64,000 nucleotides of DNA, taken from IMG/VR virus record IMGVR_UViG_3300045988_123324, positions 54,950 to 118,949 of that record; one strand, given 5' to 3'. This DNA is from a virus. This document shows, in pieces, positions 53,799 to 62,631 of this stretch; the stretch's first letter is position 1, and every line of letters starts with the position of its first letter. The notes under the pieces are model-generated. The model saw only the letters and a program-made list of their open reading frames with translations. It was not told the origin of the DNA and made no database searches. Both the position numbers and the translations under genes were made by a program.

Positions 53799-54264
53799 TT
53801 TCAAGAACCTCAAAGAAATTGTTGATCTGGTCTTGAAGGGTTTGATTCGGATTGTCCTCAAAAACGATGTTATTGTCCTCGTTGATAAATTGTTTCAAGT
53901 AGACACTGTAAATGTTTCTGAACGTGACCTTTGTTACTGCTCCCGTGTCCGCGCTAATTGTTATGTCAACAAGGTGGGGTTGAAAAGGACTCCTGCGCGA
54001 ATTGTTACTGTTGCGTGCATGGGTACTAGAGTACCTGTCCATGATCGTGTGATAAATGTTTGTGAACTGCTCAATCGTCATTGTTCTTCCTCCTATTATA
54101 ATTGTTATGTGAGATTGATGGGGTCGTGTGCGCGTGAATTGTTATGTAAAAGTGGTGGGGTCTAATTGTTATATACAAGTGGGTGGGTCTATAATTGTTA
54201 CATGGAAGTTGATGTGTATAGCTGACACACTAGACTGTAATTGTTATGTATGACTTGGTGGGTA
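53649..54264 (+). repeat. bipartite motif AATTGTTA-N9-10-GTGGGGTC, cluster B (at least 10 copies, all in the same orientation)
   Basis: Full copies at 53693-53718, 53771-53796, 53956-53981, 54100-54125, 54137-54162, 54164-54189 and 54239-54264, plus partial copies. Confidence 0.8.
53782..54081 (-). CDS. hypothetical protein (99 aa) whose coding sequence contains several iteron copies
   Basis: AGGAGG RBS 7 nt before the ATG. Confidence 0.5.
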   Translation of the reverse strand: MTIEQFTNIYHTIMDRYSSTHARNSNNSRRSPFQPHLVDITISADTGAVTKVTFRNIYSVYLKQFINEDNNIVFEDNPNQTLQDQINNFFEVLENDPTD

Positions 54265-54267
54265 TTG

Positions 54268-55233
54268 TTAGCCTATAATCTTAGTCAACTCTGCCAATAA
54301 CAGCTTATCAACAATGGGATTGTTTCGCCCATAATACTGTAAGTCAACCATCATGTCTCGTATCTTCTTGATAATTGTTACGTCAGCATCCGTCAGTCCG
54401 TCTAGTTCTTCCTTATATGCTTCTGGAATGTCTATCATCTCAAAGTCCTTTGTAAGAACATAAATATTCACATCCAAAATAAATGAGAAGAACTGTTCAA
54501 TGTATGTCTGTGCATTGACTATACTCTGTATGTCAGATACAACATGAACAATGTCTTTATCTAGCACATGAAAAAGCATATTAAAGTAGTTATCGTAAGT
54601 ATCTGCCATGAGTGTTTCTTTGATGTTAGCCAGGGTAATGTCTCTGTATGAACATTGTTCTAGATATGCAACAGCCTGGCGCATACTACCCCTAGCCATT
54701 TTTGAAACCACCCCTAGTGCTTTCTCATCGTATTTGAACCCACCCCTATCGCATATGAAACGTAGCCTATTTTGAATAGCCCCACTATCAATGGGTTTGA
54801 ACTCATAGACCTTACACCTATTGAATATAGTCCTAGGTACTTTATCAATCTCAGTCGTACATAGAATGAATACTAGGTAGCTAGGCACTTTTTCGATGTG
54901 TAAGAGTAGCTTGGAAATGGCGATCTGGCTAAGAAGGTGACATTCCTCCCAGACAATAACCTTTCTGTCTTTTGTGAGTGGTCTGACTTTTGAATCTGCT
55001 AAAATCTTCTCCACATCCTCTGCACTACACATACCAGAATCAATCTCATATATCTCTGCATTAAGTTCTCTAGCAAAGATTCTTTGTATTGACGTTTTGC
55101 CTTCGCCCGAGCCACCACAGAACAAATAAGCAGGTTTAGGGTCTTTAACATCGTGTCTGAGTGCATCTATAATTGAATCCTGCCCTACTACTTCATCAAA
55201 TGTTTTTGGTCTGTATTCTTCATTCAGATTCAT
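54268..55233 (-). CDS. clamp-loader ATPase (DnaX gamma/tau or RFC small-subunit-like)
   Basis: YRPKTFDEVVGQ, CGGSGEGKTS (Walker A), VIVWEECHLL (Walker B), LCTTE (sensor 1), and FNRCKVYEF (SRC-like). Confidence 0.8.
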   Translation of the reverse strand: MNLNEEYRPKTFDEVVGQDSIIDALRHDVKDPKPAYLFCGGSGEGKTSIQRIFARELNAEIYEIDSGMCSAEDVEKILADSKVRPLTKDRKVIVWEECHLLSQIAISKLLLHIEKVPSYLVFILCTTEIDKVPRTIFNRCKVYEFKPIDSGAIQNRLRFICDRGGFKYDEKALGVVSKMARGSMRQAVAYLEQCSYRDITLANIKETLMADTYDNYFNMLFHVLDKDIVHVVSDIQSIVNAQTYIEQFFSFILDVNIYVLTKDFEMIDIPEAYKEELDGLTDADVTIIKKIRDMMVDLQYYGRNNPIVDKLLLAELTKIIG

Positions 55234-55510
55234 TCTCTAACTCCTGTATCCTGGCAATAAGAACGTCTACTGCATCATCTCTTAAATACAAAATACCTGC
55301 AACATGCTGTGGTGTATAAACGTATCCAACCTGTTCCCTATACTGTTTAAGTTCTTCCTTGTCTGATCTAAACTTTTCACAGTAGTAATCAAAGGTGTTC
55401 ATGATTTCATGTGCTCTATCCCTTAAAGGAACAAGTTGATTTTCATAATTTCTGCATTCTTCTCGTGAATCAAACATCTTACCATCTTCTGCAATAAATG
55501 CTTCTCTCAT
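55220..55510 (-). CDS. hypothetical protein, paralog of 55507-55863
   Basis: Shared blocks: F(D/T)S/TxEEC..YE and YLRDDAVD(V/I)LI..I..LENE. Confidence 0.5.
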   Translation of the reverse strand: MREAFIAEDGKMFDSREECRNYENQLVPLRDRAHEIMNTFDYYCEKFRSDKEELKQYREQVGYVYTPQHVAGILYLRDDAVDVLIARIQELENESE

Positions 55511-55863
55511 TTCTTTTCCCCCAACTTATTTTCCAACCGATGTACTTCGTTTTCAAGAATACGGATATAGTCAATAAGAATATCAACCGCATCGTCTCTT
55601 AAATAACTTATGCCATATGAGAAGTCACCACAGAATACTGCATCACCATACCTTGTTGGTCTATCTTTCTCTGCAATATAATCATCATCCAATGACTTGT
55701 CATGAGCATAGTCAAGGTACCATTTCATAACAAGATCTGCATGTGCTTTAAGTGGTGGGTCTACGAACTTTTCGTTATACTTTTTCTTTTCAAAACTGCG
55801 TTCATATTCGAGACACTCTTTCTCTGTGGTAAATTCTTTCCCGTCAAATGCCAAATAAGTCAT
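55507..55863 (-). CDS. hypothetical protein, paralog of 55220-55510
   Basis: AGGAGG RBS before MTYLAFDGKEF. Confidence 0.5.
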   Translation of the reverse strand: MTYLAFDGKEFTTEKECLEYERSFEKKKYNEKFVDPPLKAHADLVMKWYLDYAHDKSLDDDYIAEKDRPTRYGDAVFCGDFSYGISYLRDDAVDILIDYIRILENEVHRLENKLGEKK

Positions 55864-55935
55864 AATATTTCCTCCTGTAAGTATCAATTAACTGCACTTA
55901 CTGTAGCAGATACTAGACTAAAAGTCAAGAAGTTT

Positions 55936-56295
55936 TCACCAATCATCAGACGCACAAGACTCTCTCACATTTGCATCAAAATAATAAAGTGTTGATGGCG
56001 GCATATCTTCCCAATTATCAAGAAGTTTTGGGTTTATAATAACATAGATACAGAAAGGTGTTTTCATAGTACCTACATACTCAAGCTCCTGTAATCTATC
56101 TAGGCTTTCTTGAAGTTCTTCGACACTAACATTGACAAAATTTGCTAATTCTAGCATACCAAACTTGGCGGTGTTTTCCTTATCAACAACAGACGAAAGT
56201 CTAATAATTATTGCTATATCTTCATGCGTTAGCTTGCCCTCCTTATTGTGTTCAAATAGCTTAGACAAGTATTCTTTTGAAAATTGTAACTTCAT
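55936..56295 (-). CDS. winged-helix-like protein
   Basis: GGAGGG RBS before MKLQFSKEY. Confidence 0.45.
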   Translation of the reverse strand: MKLQFSKEYLSKLFEHNKEGKLTHEDIAIIIRLSSVVDKENTAKFGMLELANFVNVSVEELQESLDRLQELEYVGTMKTPFCIYVIINPKLLDNWEDMPPSTLYYFDANVRESCASDDW

Positions 56296-56310
56296 AATAA
56301 ATCCCTCCAA

Positions 56311-56745
56311 CTAAAATTCTAAATCATATCTGATATTTTCTTCTTTTTCTTTTCTCATATATGAACTATCCTGATCTACTTCATTATTCTCGAATAGTTC
56401 TAGTGTATCACTAAATATCTTCTTTCCTTTAGATACCATATATGGATTAACAAAGATTTTTATTCTATTGTTTTCCTTGCGAAGCATTTTTATTAGCCCA
56501 GCACTTTCAATGTTCTTTAGGTATTCATAAATGTCCCACCTATTCACATCAGCACTTTCAGCAAGTTTTGGAACGCTTAAAGATATTTCATAACTATATC
56601 CTTTTATGTAATTTAACATGACAAAGAATATTTTATGCTCGCTTTTTGATAACTTATGTTCATTAAGTGTATCATACAACTTCTTTGTTAAAAATACAAC
56701 AGTTTCGCCTGTATCATAGTCAACTATCTTCTTATTGTTCATCAA
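56311..56745 (-). CDS. winged-helix DNA-binding protein (replication initiator or organizer candidate) with a conserved C-terminal tail
   Basis: KLSKSEHKIFFVMLNY...VPKLAESADVNRWDIYEYLKNIESAGLI. The tail is RKEKEENIRYDLEF. Confidence 0.5.
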   Translation of the reverse strand: MMNNKKIVDYDTGETVVFLTKKLYDTLNEHKLSKSEHKIFFVMLNYIKGYSYEISLSVPKLAESADVNRWDIYEYLKNIESAGLIKMLRKENNRIKIFVNPYMVSKGKKIFSDTLELFENNEVDQDSSYMRKEKEENIRYDLEF

Positions 56746-56752
56746 TCATTTA

Positions 56753-57001
56753 CTACTCCTTTTCTATATAATCTATTTGTATTAAACCCCTTGTTTTATA
56801 AATACATCCCTTATCGTGTAACTTTTTTAGCATCAACAATAGGTATGGGTACGCATAATCAAGTTTAACTGATAGGTCTTTCACAGAACAAAATCTGACA
56901 ATTCCACTATCATCTGCCATAACCCACAACTTCCATAAAAGATGTAATTCACTCTTGTTTTCAATCTTGTTGATAATACCTTCTGGAACTGTTATTCGCA
57001 T
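56753..57001 (-). CDS. small winged-helix-like protein (82 aa)
   Basis: GGAGG RBS. It is the first gene downstream of the palindrome array. Confidence 0.45.
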   Translation of the reverse strand: MRITVPEGIINKIENKSELHLLWKLWVMADDSGIVRFCSVKDLSVKLDYAYPYLLLMLKKLHDKGCIYKTRGLIQIDYIEKE

Positions 57002-57164
57002 ATATTAACCTCCGACATAAAGTTTTTATTATATAAAATAACTACTAATCATCATTCAAACAAAAAGCCGTAAATACATAACGGCAATCTGTTTGAACAA
57101 TAAGAATATGTAAATTATAACATAAAAAAGTGATTCAGTCAAGTCATTTCTGTATTTACATCAC

Positions 57165-57284
57165 TGGGAAAAACACACTGGGATTTTCCCATAGTATGGG
57201 ATTTTCCCATAGATATTAAGAAGTTACTGGGATTTTCCCAGAACTACTATGGGATTTTCCCAGTACGGTTCTGGGATTTTCCCA
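57165..57284. repeat. five perfect copies (plus one degenerate) of the near-palindrome TGGGATTTTCCCA
   Basis: Perfect copies at 57179, 57197, 57228, 57250 and 57272. The variant TGGGAAAAACACA is at 57165. Confidence 0.85.
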
Positions 57285-57329
57285 TAGTCTGATCGGCTCG
57301 CACTTAGAGTCACAAGGGCTGGCGGGTTC

Positions 57330-57540
57330 CTAATAATATATAATAAATTAAATAAATTAAAGAATAAGAGCATTGGTCGGAATAAATTCCTCCCGAATGC
57401 CCTTGGGGAATCCTCTAGTGATTATAAAATATTCCGAAATTTTATACTAAATTATAAAATATTTATATTAAATTAAAAGATAGATATATTTAATCCTATA
57501 AATAGTCTTAAATATATCTATAGAAAAATTACGAGCTAGT
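57330..57540. repeat. very AT-rich tract with short direct repeats (candidate DNA-unwinding element)
   Basis: ATAAATTAAATAAATTAAAG. ATTATAAAATAT occurs twice (57421 and 57450). TAAATATATCTATAG is also present. Confidence 0.5.
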
Positions 57541-57653
57541 GGGAAGAATATGCGCGGAGCGTCAACACAAATGCACGCACCGAAAGAGACTTTAACCAGC
57601 CAAGAATAGTTATAGGTTCTTTCTCATAAATAGTCCAGTCATAGTCTAGCCAA

Positions 57654-58049
57654 TCAACAAAGCTCATGTTCATACTCCATCTCATACAACTTCTTTATAA
57701 CCCTACACATAGAATCAAGTACACGTTCTTCAAGAGCGGAATACTTACCAAAGTCAATATCTTCTTCCCAAAACCTTCTTCTTCCTTCCCTTATTAACTC
57801 ATCCTTCGTATTTTCGATCCACTTATCTACACTCTCAAAATCCTTTACTTTTATAAACCTGTAGAGTGCATAATTAGGGTTGCCAGAGAGTAACATAGCT
57901 TTACTTAGCTCTTCCAAAGTAAAGGTTATTCCATCTTTCTTCTTCCCGTCGTGTCTCCATATACAAAACACACCATCTTTAAGTGTCCCTCTTGCATAAG
58001 AATAGTCTCCTGCAAACCTTCCTTTTCCTCGATCTGAATAACTAGCCAT
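57654..58049 (-). CDS. hypothetical protein (131 aa)
   Basis: GAGGAGG RBS. Confidence 0.45.
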   Translation of the reverse strand: MASYSDRGKGRFAGDYSYARGTLKDGVFCIWRHDGKKKDGITFTLEELSKAMLLSGNPNYALYRFIKVKDFESVDKWIENTKDELIREGRRRFWEEDIDFGKYSALEERVLDSMCRVIKKLYEMEYEHELC

Positions 58050-58244
58050 ACTTATTACCTCCTCATGTCACTACAGTACCACAATGCTTTATTTGTGTCA
58101 ATACTAAAATATTAGCTGTTTTAAGACAGTCAAAATTCTTGACGCAATAGTTTATACCTATTTTATATTTTGAGCCGTCCTGCGTTAATTTAACCGCCTT
58201 AAAACAAGTTTTGTGATGTAAAATTATCAAAAAAAAAAGACCAG

Positions 58245-58565
58245 CTAAAAACTGATCTTTATTTCTGAGAAAATAACAGCAAGGTCAATCGGAAGCCACC
58301 CGAGATGTATCTCCCTTAGTTTCTCAACATCAATGTCTTTGTTACACCTAATTCCTTCATCACACAGTTCAAATGCGTCTCCTAGTTCATCCATAGCCTT
58401 ATATACTTCGTCCCTTGAGAAGTAAAAGAATATTTTCCTGTGGCTTCTTTTTTGTATTTCTCTAGCATAATCTTCTATTACAGAAAATGGAACATACGTG
58501 ATTCCTTTCTCAAGTGCTTGTATGAACACACTTCCAATAACGGTTTCAACTGGAATTTCAACCAT
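58245..58565 (-). CDS. hypothetical protein (106 aa)
   Basis: The MVEIPVETV start overlaps the upstream stop (ATGGTTGA). Confidence 0.4.
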   Translation of the reverse strand: MVEIPVETVIGSVFIQALEKGITYVPFSVIEDYAREIQKRSHRKIFFYFSRDEVYKAMDELGDAFELCDEGIRCNKDIDVEKLREIHLGWLPIDLAVIFSEIKISF

Positions 58566-58812
58566 TCCTTTCCACCATTCCTGCTTCAATGAGATCCATG
58601 ACAACATCTGGAACATAAATAACTGTGCTATCTTCAATATCTTCAGTGTCAAATTCAGATATACTTATTACTGGTTCACAAAAACACGGTACACGAACAG
58701 TGTACTCGAATTTACTGTTGTTTCCTTTGTAGACAAAGAAATTATTTTCACTGACAAAGCCAAACTTAGTGAGTTCTTCCAGTCTGTCTTTCTTTACCGC
58801 TAGTATAGCCAT
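58558..58812 (-). CDS. hypothetical protein (84 aa)
   Basis: AAAGGAAA RBS-like sequence. ORF in a co-directional array. Confidence 0.4.
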   Translation of the reverse strand: MAILAVKKDRLEELTKFGFVSENNFFVYKGNNSKFEYTVRVPCFCEPVISISEFDTEDIEDSTVIYVPDVVMDLIEAGMVERNG

Positions 58813-58906
58813 AATAATTTCCTTTCTGTATAACTCGTTTTAAGCCTATTGAAATCTTCAACGCGACACTTAGTACCTATTTTATATTTTGAGCAGTCCT
58901 ACGAGG

Positions 58907-61078
58907 TTATACACGCCCACAATTAAGTTCATAAATATAATCGCACACACGATTATACGACGCATCCGCAACATAATCTCCATAGTATTTTTTATACATC
59001 TTGAACTTATTATAAGACGGATATTTCAGTTCATGGTCTCCTGCAAGAAGTTTAATGCCAACATACTCATCCTTGAACCTCTGCACAATCTTACAGATCT
59101 GATAGTAGTCAGTCTTGACCTTGAACATCTTGCCATTGTTGTCTGTGATAACAAAGCCCTCAACGCCCTCAATATCTTTTAGTTTTGCTATGTCAGACTT
59201 GCGGGTGTACTTAGTATGCACACTCTTGAACTTAAAACTGTCAATAAACTTAAACAGATCAGATACTTCATTTGCTTCAACATAGTGCTTTCTATAACTG
59301 ATTTCATTATAGACAATCGCAAGAAGTATAACAAACTTCTTATCATACTTTATGACGTGAGGATCTTTCTCTGTATTTACTACCTCAAACAAGATAGATA
59401 CATTCTTGTCTTGCAGATACTTTACTAGGGCTTCTTCGTCCCTAATCAGTGGTCTAAGCATCTCCTCAAAGAGTTTAGAGTGTTCTCCTTCCTCTCCAAG
59501 CATTGACTTAGAACAAAAGAGTAGCTTTCCTTCATCTTGTCCAAGGATGCCCAAGAATCCATCTTCTTTTTCTGTTACACAGAATGGTTCTTCAAACATA
59601 GCAAGAGTTGGCTTATACTCATCGGGTTCATCTGAATCGAAATCAATATTAAAGAATTTATCAAATCCTCTTGCTACAATTCGATTCGTCTTAGTATTGA
59701 TGAATATACCTCTTGCTTTGACAAGAATATCATCCCACACCTCAGAGTGAAATGCTGTCTTGGTGAAGTTAAATGAAGAAATATCACCAAACTTCTTTTC
59801 TTTCACCCACTTGCTTGCTCTGAATACTCTAACGAGTTGTTCAACTGTATTAATATGATATTTTTGTGGATATTTATGTACTGCACGAACAAACATATCA
59901 TCACTAATAATATTATTCGGTACTGCAATACAATGCTTTTCATCCTTGTAAAGCTGCAACACCTTCAAGTCACCACCAAGTTCAGGAAAGCCACAGACAT
60001 TATAGGACTTCTTACCTACCTTAATAGGTACATCGTCATTATTTCTGTGTCCAAACACTTGCACGTCTTCACTATCCATCATAAAGCTGTCAAATTCTTC
60101 AACAACAGCTTGCATATCTTCATACTTACCAATTCCGTTGACAAGCATATCGTCAGAATCATAAGCATTGAACATATAAGGAACACCAGCATGAGTGACC
60201 CAATATGTAGTTCCATAATAATTGAACTTAGCAAAACTTGTGCAAGCCCACAAGAACTCTTTGAGCATATTGTCAGTAACACCATTCTTCTTGAAGTCTT
60301 TGAGCGTATTCTTGAAGAACTCAGTCTTGCTTACATCTTCTCCTCTAAGATATTGCATGATTCGCTTCTCATGGTTTCCGAGAAGAAGATAGAAGTTATC
60401 GTCATGACAATGTTCATACAAGAACTCAAAAACTTTATAGTTTTCAATGCCCCTGTCAAAATAATCTCCAACAAACACAACGGCGTCACTTTCAAAATCA
60501 ACACAATCCATATACTTCATTAATGCTGTGTAGCAACCATGTATATCTCCAATAATATGTACTCTATTATACTTATTGAAGTCAAGTGTCTGTGTCTTGC
60601 TGTCAATAAAATCTTGAAAGTCATCTGGCTTAATGGCGCGAACACCAGAAGGAAGAGATTCTTTATTCATCTTAGAAATAACTTCCTTACCAACATGAGG
60701 GTAGTTAAACCTAAGAAGGTCATCGCTGATACAATCTTCCATGCTCTTATCAAAGTCAATCACAGTCATTCGATAGAAATACTTCTTGCAAAGAGCTTGA
60801 TAAGGTTTGATAGACTTTCTTGTAAGATGTGTAGCGTCAACAATAGTAAGTTCTCCATGAGCCATACGATATTCAAGGTCTGCAAAGAGGTTCTTCCATG
60901 CCTGTGCATTTACCTTTTGACTGATTCCATATCTACCAGTATTAAGGCTATACACAGGAGAAGAAAGTTTAAGTCTGTAATCGTCAGACGAAAGTGTGAA
61001 AGGTGTTAAACCATTCTCTTTCACAAAAGAGCTTTTTCCCGCTGACGGATACCCTCTAAGAATAAATAGCTGTCTCAT
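58907..61078 (-). CDS. trifunctional RNA repair enzyme, bacterial Pnkp-like (5' kinase, metallophosphatase and ligase/adenylyltransferase domains)
   Basis: N-terminal P-loop GYPSAGKSS. Middle HIIGDIHGC, VGDYFDRG and LGNHE (lambda-phosphatase type). C-terminal VTEKEDGFLG (KxDG motif I). Confidence 0.7.
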   Translation of the reverse strand: MRQLFILRGYPSAGKSSFVKENGLTPFTLSSDDYRLKLSSPVYSLNTGRYGISQKVNAQAWKNLFADLEYRMAHGELTIVDATHLTRKSIKPYQALCKKYFYRMTVIDFDKSMEDCISDDLLRFNYPHVGKEVISKMNKESLPSGVRAIKPDDFQDFIDSKTQTLDFNKYNRVHIIGDIHGCYTALMKYMDCVDFESDAVVFVGDYFDRGIENYKVFEFLYEHCHDDNFYLLLGNHEKRIMQYLRGEDVSKTEFFKNTLKDFKKNGVTDNMLKEFLWACTSFAKFNYYGTTYWVTHAGVPYMFNAYDSDDMLVNGIGKYEDMQAVVEEFDSFMMDSEDVQVFGHRNNDDVPIKVGKKSYNVCGFPELGGDLKVLQLYKDEKHCIAVPNNIISDDMFVRAVHKYPQKYHINTVEQLVRVFRASKWVKEKKFGDISSFNFTKTAFHSEVWDDILVKARGIFINTKTNRIVARGFDKFFNIDFDSDEPDEYKPTLAMFEEPFCVTEKEDGFLGILGQDEGKLLFCSKSMLGEEGEHSKLFEEMLRPLIRDEEALVKYLQDKNVSILFEVVNTEKDPHVIKYDKKFVILLAIVYNEISYRKHYVEANEVSDLFKFIDSFKFKSVHTKYTRKSDIAKLKDIEGVEGFVITDNNGKMFKVKTDYYQICKIVQRFKDEYVGIKLLAGDHELKYPSYNKFKMYKKYYGDYVADASYNRVCDYIYELNCGRV

Positions 61079-61323
61079 TTTTGAACCCTTTCTATGTACT
61101 TGCTAAGTACATCAACCATTATATATGCAAGAGATAGATTGATGGCGATTTTCTTGTTTTTATGCTCATCTACAATAGCATACCCACCAGTATTTGATTT
61201 ATGATAAACCTGTTCAAGAATACCATCCCGCAAATGAATGATATTTTCAAGAGTTTTTGTTCTCTCTTCGTATCTTTTTAGTTCTTCTTTTACTTCTTCA
61301 TAATTTTCCTTAGTGATTTTCAT
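61075..61323 (-). CDS. hypothetical coiled-coil protein (82 aa)
   Basis: AAGGAG RBS. Confidence 0.45.
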   Translation of the reverse strand: MKITKENYEEVKEELKRYEERTKTLENIIHLRDGILEQVYHKSNTGGYAIVDEHKNKKIAINLSLAYIMVDVLSKYIERVQK

Positions 61324-61359
61324 TCGTCAAACATCTCCTTGAAAAACAATTATGAAACA

Positions 61360-61560
61360 AAATACTTATTGACATACTCCCCACGGCTAAAGCCTTGGAG
61401 ATTCTGAAGTGACTAACGTTTTCTGCCCTCTCGCGAGGGACTTACGAGAACTCCTATCATTGGACAATGCCCTGCCCAATTTTATATATTTAAGCCGTTT
61501 CTGATACTAAACGCAGCCCTTCACTGTGTATATTCGCCGCCGCATTTCGGTCGCGGTCAT
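61360..61560 (-). ncRNA. candidate omega RNA (reRNA) of the TnpB element, spanning the tnpB 3' end and right end
   Basis: By analogy with IS200/IS605 TnpB. The structured tail ...CCCUCGCGAGAGGG... and CUCCAAGGC-UUUA-GCCGUGGGG lies just after the stop codon. Boundaries are approximate. Confidence 0.4.
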
Positions 61561-62605
61561 GATGCTTTCCACAAGAAGGACAGTTCCACTGTCGGATTCT
61601 CAAATCTTTAATTTCAGTGTTTTGATACCCACAACCATTACAAATCTGACTAGAAGGATAAAATTTATCTACTCGTACAATTTGGGTACCGAATTGTGGT
61701 GCTACGTATTCCAGTATACTCAAAAATTCCGCAAACCCATAGTCCATAACTTTCTTTCCGTGGTTTTTCTGCATCCATCTCATATTTAAATCCTCAAAAC
61801 AAAGGATTGAATACTTCATGCAAAGTTTTCTCGCCAGTTTCCAGTGATAATCTCTTCTTTGATTGGCAATCTTTCGATGAAGCCTTGCAAGTTCAAGTTT
61901 TGCTTTTCGGCGATTATTTGAACGAGGACGCTTCAAAGACAGTTTGCGATTTGCTCTTGCTACAGCAATTTTTTGCTTAAAAAAGAAGTTGGGTGCGGAA
62001 ATATCATCTTTTGGACTCTCTGCCACTAGCATTTTTCCTTTGAAACCAAAATCGAAACCGATGCTTTCACCCAGTCTAGTTTCTGTTTTGGTTTCTTTGG
62101 TGTCACATACAAGATATACAAAGTAATCTCCGCAAGAGTCTCTCTTAATAGTAAGTAGCTTGATTTTTCCTTCTATTTCACGGCTCTTCGAGAATTTGTA
62201 TTCCTTACCTGCAATTTTAATTTTATTGCCTTTGATGAGGTTTTGTCCAACCATATCATAAGAGAAAGATTTATATTTTCTCAGTCTACGAAATTTTGGT
62301 GGTGCGCCCTTCTTCTTTCTCTTTAGATTGCTCCACCAAAGTTTGTATGCTCTATGGATGCGTTCTGTAATGTTCTGTATGGCATGAGCAGGAATCTCAT
62401 TCCAAAAATTATATTTTGCTATGTTATTTTTAAGTTTTGTTAGATGTTTTGAGAGTTTATATTTGTGCAATGATTTCTTATAAAGCTTATAATATCGTCT
62501 ACAAAGAGCAATGCAATGATTATATACATTACAGGCTATCAATAACTGATGATCTAAATGTTTTGTCTTTTTCTGGTGATACAACTTAAACTTGTAAGTC
62601 TTCAT
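61490..62605 (-). CDS. tnpB: TnpB-family RNA-guided endonuclease (IS200/IS605 accessory, no TnpA nearby)
   Basis: MKTYKFKLY N-terminus. RuvC residues IGFDFG (D), CFEDLN (E) and HDRDRNAAANI (D). Zinc ribbon CNGCG...CPSCG. Confidence 0.85.
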   Translation of the reverse strand: MKTYKFKLYHQKKTKHLDHQLLIACNVYNHCIALCRRYYKLYKKSLHKYKLSKHLTKLKNNIAKYNFWNEIPAHAIQNITERIHRAYKLWWSNLKRKKKGAPPKFRRLRKYKSFSYDMVGQNLIKGNKIKIAGKEYKFSKSREIEGKIKLLTIKRDSCGDYFVYLVCDTKETKTETRLGESIGFDFGFKGKMLVAESPKDDISAPNFFFKQKIAVARANRKLSLKRPRSNNRRKAKLELARLHRKIANQRRDYHWKLARKLCMKYSILCFEDLNMRWMQKNHGKKVMDYGFAEFLSILEYVAPQFGTQIVRVDKFYPSSQICNGCGYQNTEIKDLRIRQWNCPSCGKHHDRDRNAAANIHSEGLRLVSETA

Positions 62606-62631
62606 ATCTTTCATGCCCCCTTATACTATAC

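Noticed and set aside
53407-54165. The 252-aa plus-strand ORF.
   Set aside because: It is the antisense shadow of two minus-strand genes that have good RBSs and recognisable clamp-loader motifs. It has no RBS.
42776-54264. The two bipartite-motif clusters considered as Tn7- or Mu-like transposon ends.
   Set aside because: Both clusters have the same (direct) orientation rather than inverted. No transposase, TnsB-like or MuA-like gene lies between or beside them.
59837-61009. Plus-strand ORFs of 228 and 156 aa.
   Set aside because: They are antisense shadows within the Pnkp-like gene in AT-rich sequence.
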